The notes under the pieces: generated by a model
The model's input: the letters and a program-made list of their open reading frames with translations, nothing else
What the model was told of the DNA's origin: nothing
Databases searched by the model: none
Program-made: the position numbers and the translations under genes
Part shown: one piece after another, positions 14,334 through 15,753 of the stretch
Numbering within the stretch: position 1 is the first letter of the stretch
Layout of the letters: the number at the start of each line of letters is the position of its first letter
IMG/VR virus record: IMGVR_UViG_2706796076_000001
Strand: one strand, 5' to 3'
Source: a virus
Taxonomy: Duplodnaviria > Heunggongvirae > Uroviricota > Caudoviricetes > Herelleviridae
Length of the DNA stretch: 15,753 nucleotides

Positions 14334-14597
14334 TTAATCATGGGTTAAAAAGACAATAACAACAGATAATAAAATAACTAAATTCATACATACAATAGGT
14401 AATAATTTATGTGTAAATATAAAATATAGATTACATATAGATAGTAAGTATATAAAAAAAATAAAAATAATATTTTTTAGTAAATTTATATTATTTTTAT
14501 ATACTATATCTTTAGCTATCCTATAGTTTAATCTTGATATTGATGTAAAGTAAAAAAAGACAAGGGGTAGTGATACTATTAATAATAATATTGACAT
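14334..14597 (-). CDS. Small membrane protein (3 TM)
   Basis: ORF track; hydrophobic; RBS AGGGG. Confidence 0.72.
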   Translation of the reverse strand: MSILLLIVSLPLVFFYFTSISRLNYRIAKDIVYKNNINLLKNIIFIFFIYLLSICNLYFIFTHKLLPIVCMNLVILLSVVIVFLTHD

Positions 14598-14638
14598 TAT
14601 ATAGCAACCCCTATTAGTTATATTTTTTATTACAACAA

Positions 14639-14672
14639 TAATATAACATAGTAAGACCTTTTTGTTAGATTA
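14639..14672. promoter_or_regulatory. Divergent late-type promoters at the strand switch
   Basis: Exact TGTTATATTA on the minus strand (14639-14648) and TGTTAGATTA on the plus strand (14663-14672). Confidence 0.55.
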
Positions 14673-14703
14673 ATATATGTATTACATTTTTTAACATTAG
14701 GAA

Positions 14704-15075
14704 GTGACAAATATTTTGACTAATAACATGAAATATTTTATATTTAAGTTTTTAATAGTATTAGATTTGTTGATTTTACTACTATCTATAGCAAATGTAC
14801 TTTCAATATTATTTAGTTTAAGACCTCAAGCAGTACTTATATATGCTATAACAGGTATAGCATTATCATATACTAGCTCAAACTTTATAGATAAGATATA
14901 CTTAAAGAAAGAAGACCCTCTACCAGAATACATTTTAAAAGAAACAAATGTTACTAGAGAAGAAGTAGAGATAATGAAAGAAGTAATAGAAGAGCAATTA
15001 GGTGTATCTTATGAAGAAGTAAAAGTAAGAGCTAAAGTAAAGGAAAGATTAAAACGTGAAGAAGATAGATATTAA
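14704..15075 (+). CDS. Membrane protein, first gene of the terminase operon
   Basis: Two N-terminal TM helices and a charged C-terminus; start uncertain (GTG 14704, TTG 14716 or ATG 14728). Confidence 0.75.
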   Translation: MTNILTNNMKYFIFKFLIVLDLLILLLSIANVLSILFSLRPQAVLIYAITGIALSYTSSNFIDKIYLKKEDPLPEYILKETNVTREEVEIMKEVIEEQLGVSYEEVKVRAKVKERLKREEDRY

Positions 15076-15319
15076 AGAGAAGAGACGAAGTATTTTTAAA
15101 GACGCACCTAAAAAAACACTTATTAGAAAAGGTGATAAGAGAATATCTAGTCCTACTAGAGTATGTGGTATTTGTGGAGAGCCTTTGTCTGGAATGAAGT
15201 ATAGTAACGGTCAAGTATTTGCAAAAAAGAATCACTATCACATAAGATACTCCAATCTTCTGTATATAGATATTTGTCAAGACATTAACACGTGTTATAA
15301 AAATTTAGGATTGGTGTGA
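15056..15319 (+). CDS. Small basic Cys/His (putative Zn-binding) protein
   Basis: CGIC...HYH...C...C; overlaps the upstream gene. Confidence 0.75.
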   Translation: MKKIDIKEKRRSIFKDAPKKTLIRKGDKRISSPTRVCGICGEPLSGMKYSNGQVFAKKNHYHIRYSNLLYIDICQDINTCYKNLGLV

Positions 15320-15323
15320 TATT

Positions 15324-15743
15324 ATGGGAGTTAAAGATATAAGAACAAATGTAAATAAGAAAAAATCAGAACAAGAAGACGCTAGAAAAATGATAGCAGA
15401 CGGTTTTATGTCTAGCATACAAAAATTAATGATAGACTTTAATAATAAAGTAGAATCTAATCAAATAGAGGTTAAAGACCCTAATGATTTGTATAAGCTT
15501 TTTGTTATATTCTCACAAATGCAAGAACTATCAGGAGCTACTACAGAAGGTGGAGGAGCAATACCTGAAATATCAGGTAAACAACAAGAACTCTTTGAAA
15601 ATGTTATAGACCAAGATAGTGATAGTGAAGAAAGTAATCAACTAGATTTACAAAAATTATCTGAGTTATCAGCAGACGATATAGCTAATATGATTTCAGA
15701 AAAAGAGCAAGTAATGAACCAAGAAAACTCAGAAACATTTTAG
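15324..15743 (+). CDS. Probable terminase small subunit
   Basis: Size, helical body with acidic tail and position match the gene preceding terL in Twort-like phages; it is followed by an RBS (GGGGG) at the window edge. Confidence 0.6.
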   Translation: MGVKDIRTNVNKKKSEQEDARKMIADGFMSSIQKLMIDFNNKVESNQIEVKDPNDLYKLFVIFSQMQELSGATTEGGGAIPEISGKQQELFENVIDQDSDSEESNQLDLQKLSELSADDIANMISEKEQVMNQENSETF

Positions 15744-15753
15744 GGGGATACTT

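Noticed and set aside
15032-15280. Minus-strand 82-aa ORF
   Set aside because: It is antisense to two tightly coupled plus-strand genes of the terminase operon.

Overview
AT-rich segment of a large lytic Staphylococcus myophage (Herelleviridae, Twortvirinae). The low GC and intron-less CHAP/amidase/SH3b lysin suggest an S. epidermidis Sepunavirus-like phage (inference). Almost all genes are on the minus strand. From the left these are: the 5' end of an IS607-type tnpA, an IsaA-like secreted transglycosylase, a DUF3310 protein, a MazG-like protein, a PQ-loop membrane protein, a nucleoside deoxyribosyltransferase-like protein, a free-standing HNH endonuclease, PhoH, RNase H, an XRE regulator, endolysin, holin and several hypothetical proteins. 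The strand switches at about 14.65 kb into the + strand terminase operon, ending with the probable small terminase subunit. The most striking element is the ~1 kb gene-free interval 11750-12740. It has a near-consensus sigma-A promoter firing leftwards and a ~530-nt densely base-paired domain closed by a 26-bp long-range helix; G-U wobbles and GAAA tetraloops favour the minus strand. Downstream are hairpins that display anti-Shine-Dalgarno sequences. Directly upstream, with no terminator visible between them, is a zinc-ribbon protein with the cysteine spacing of ribosomal protein bL33. Together these suggest a large structured ncRNA and possibly a translation-targeting RNA/protein module. All product calls come from motif recognition by eye; no database searches were run.
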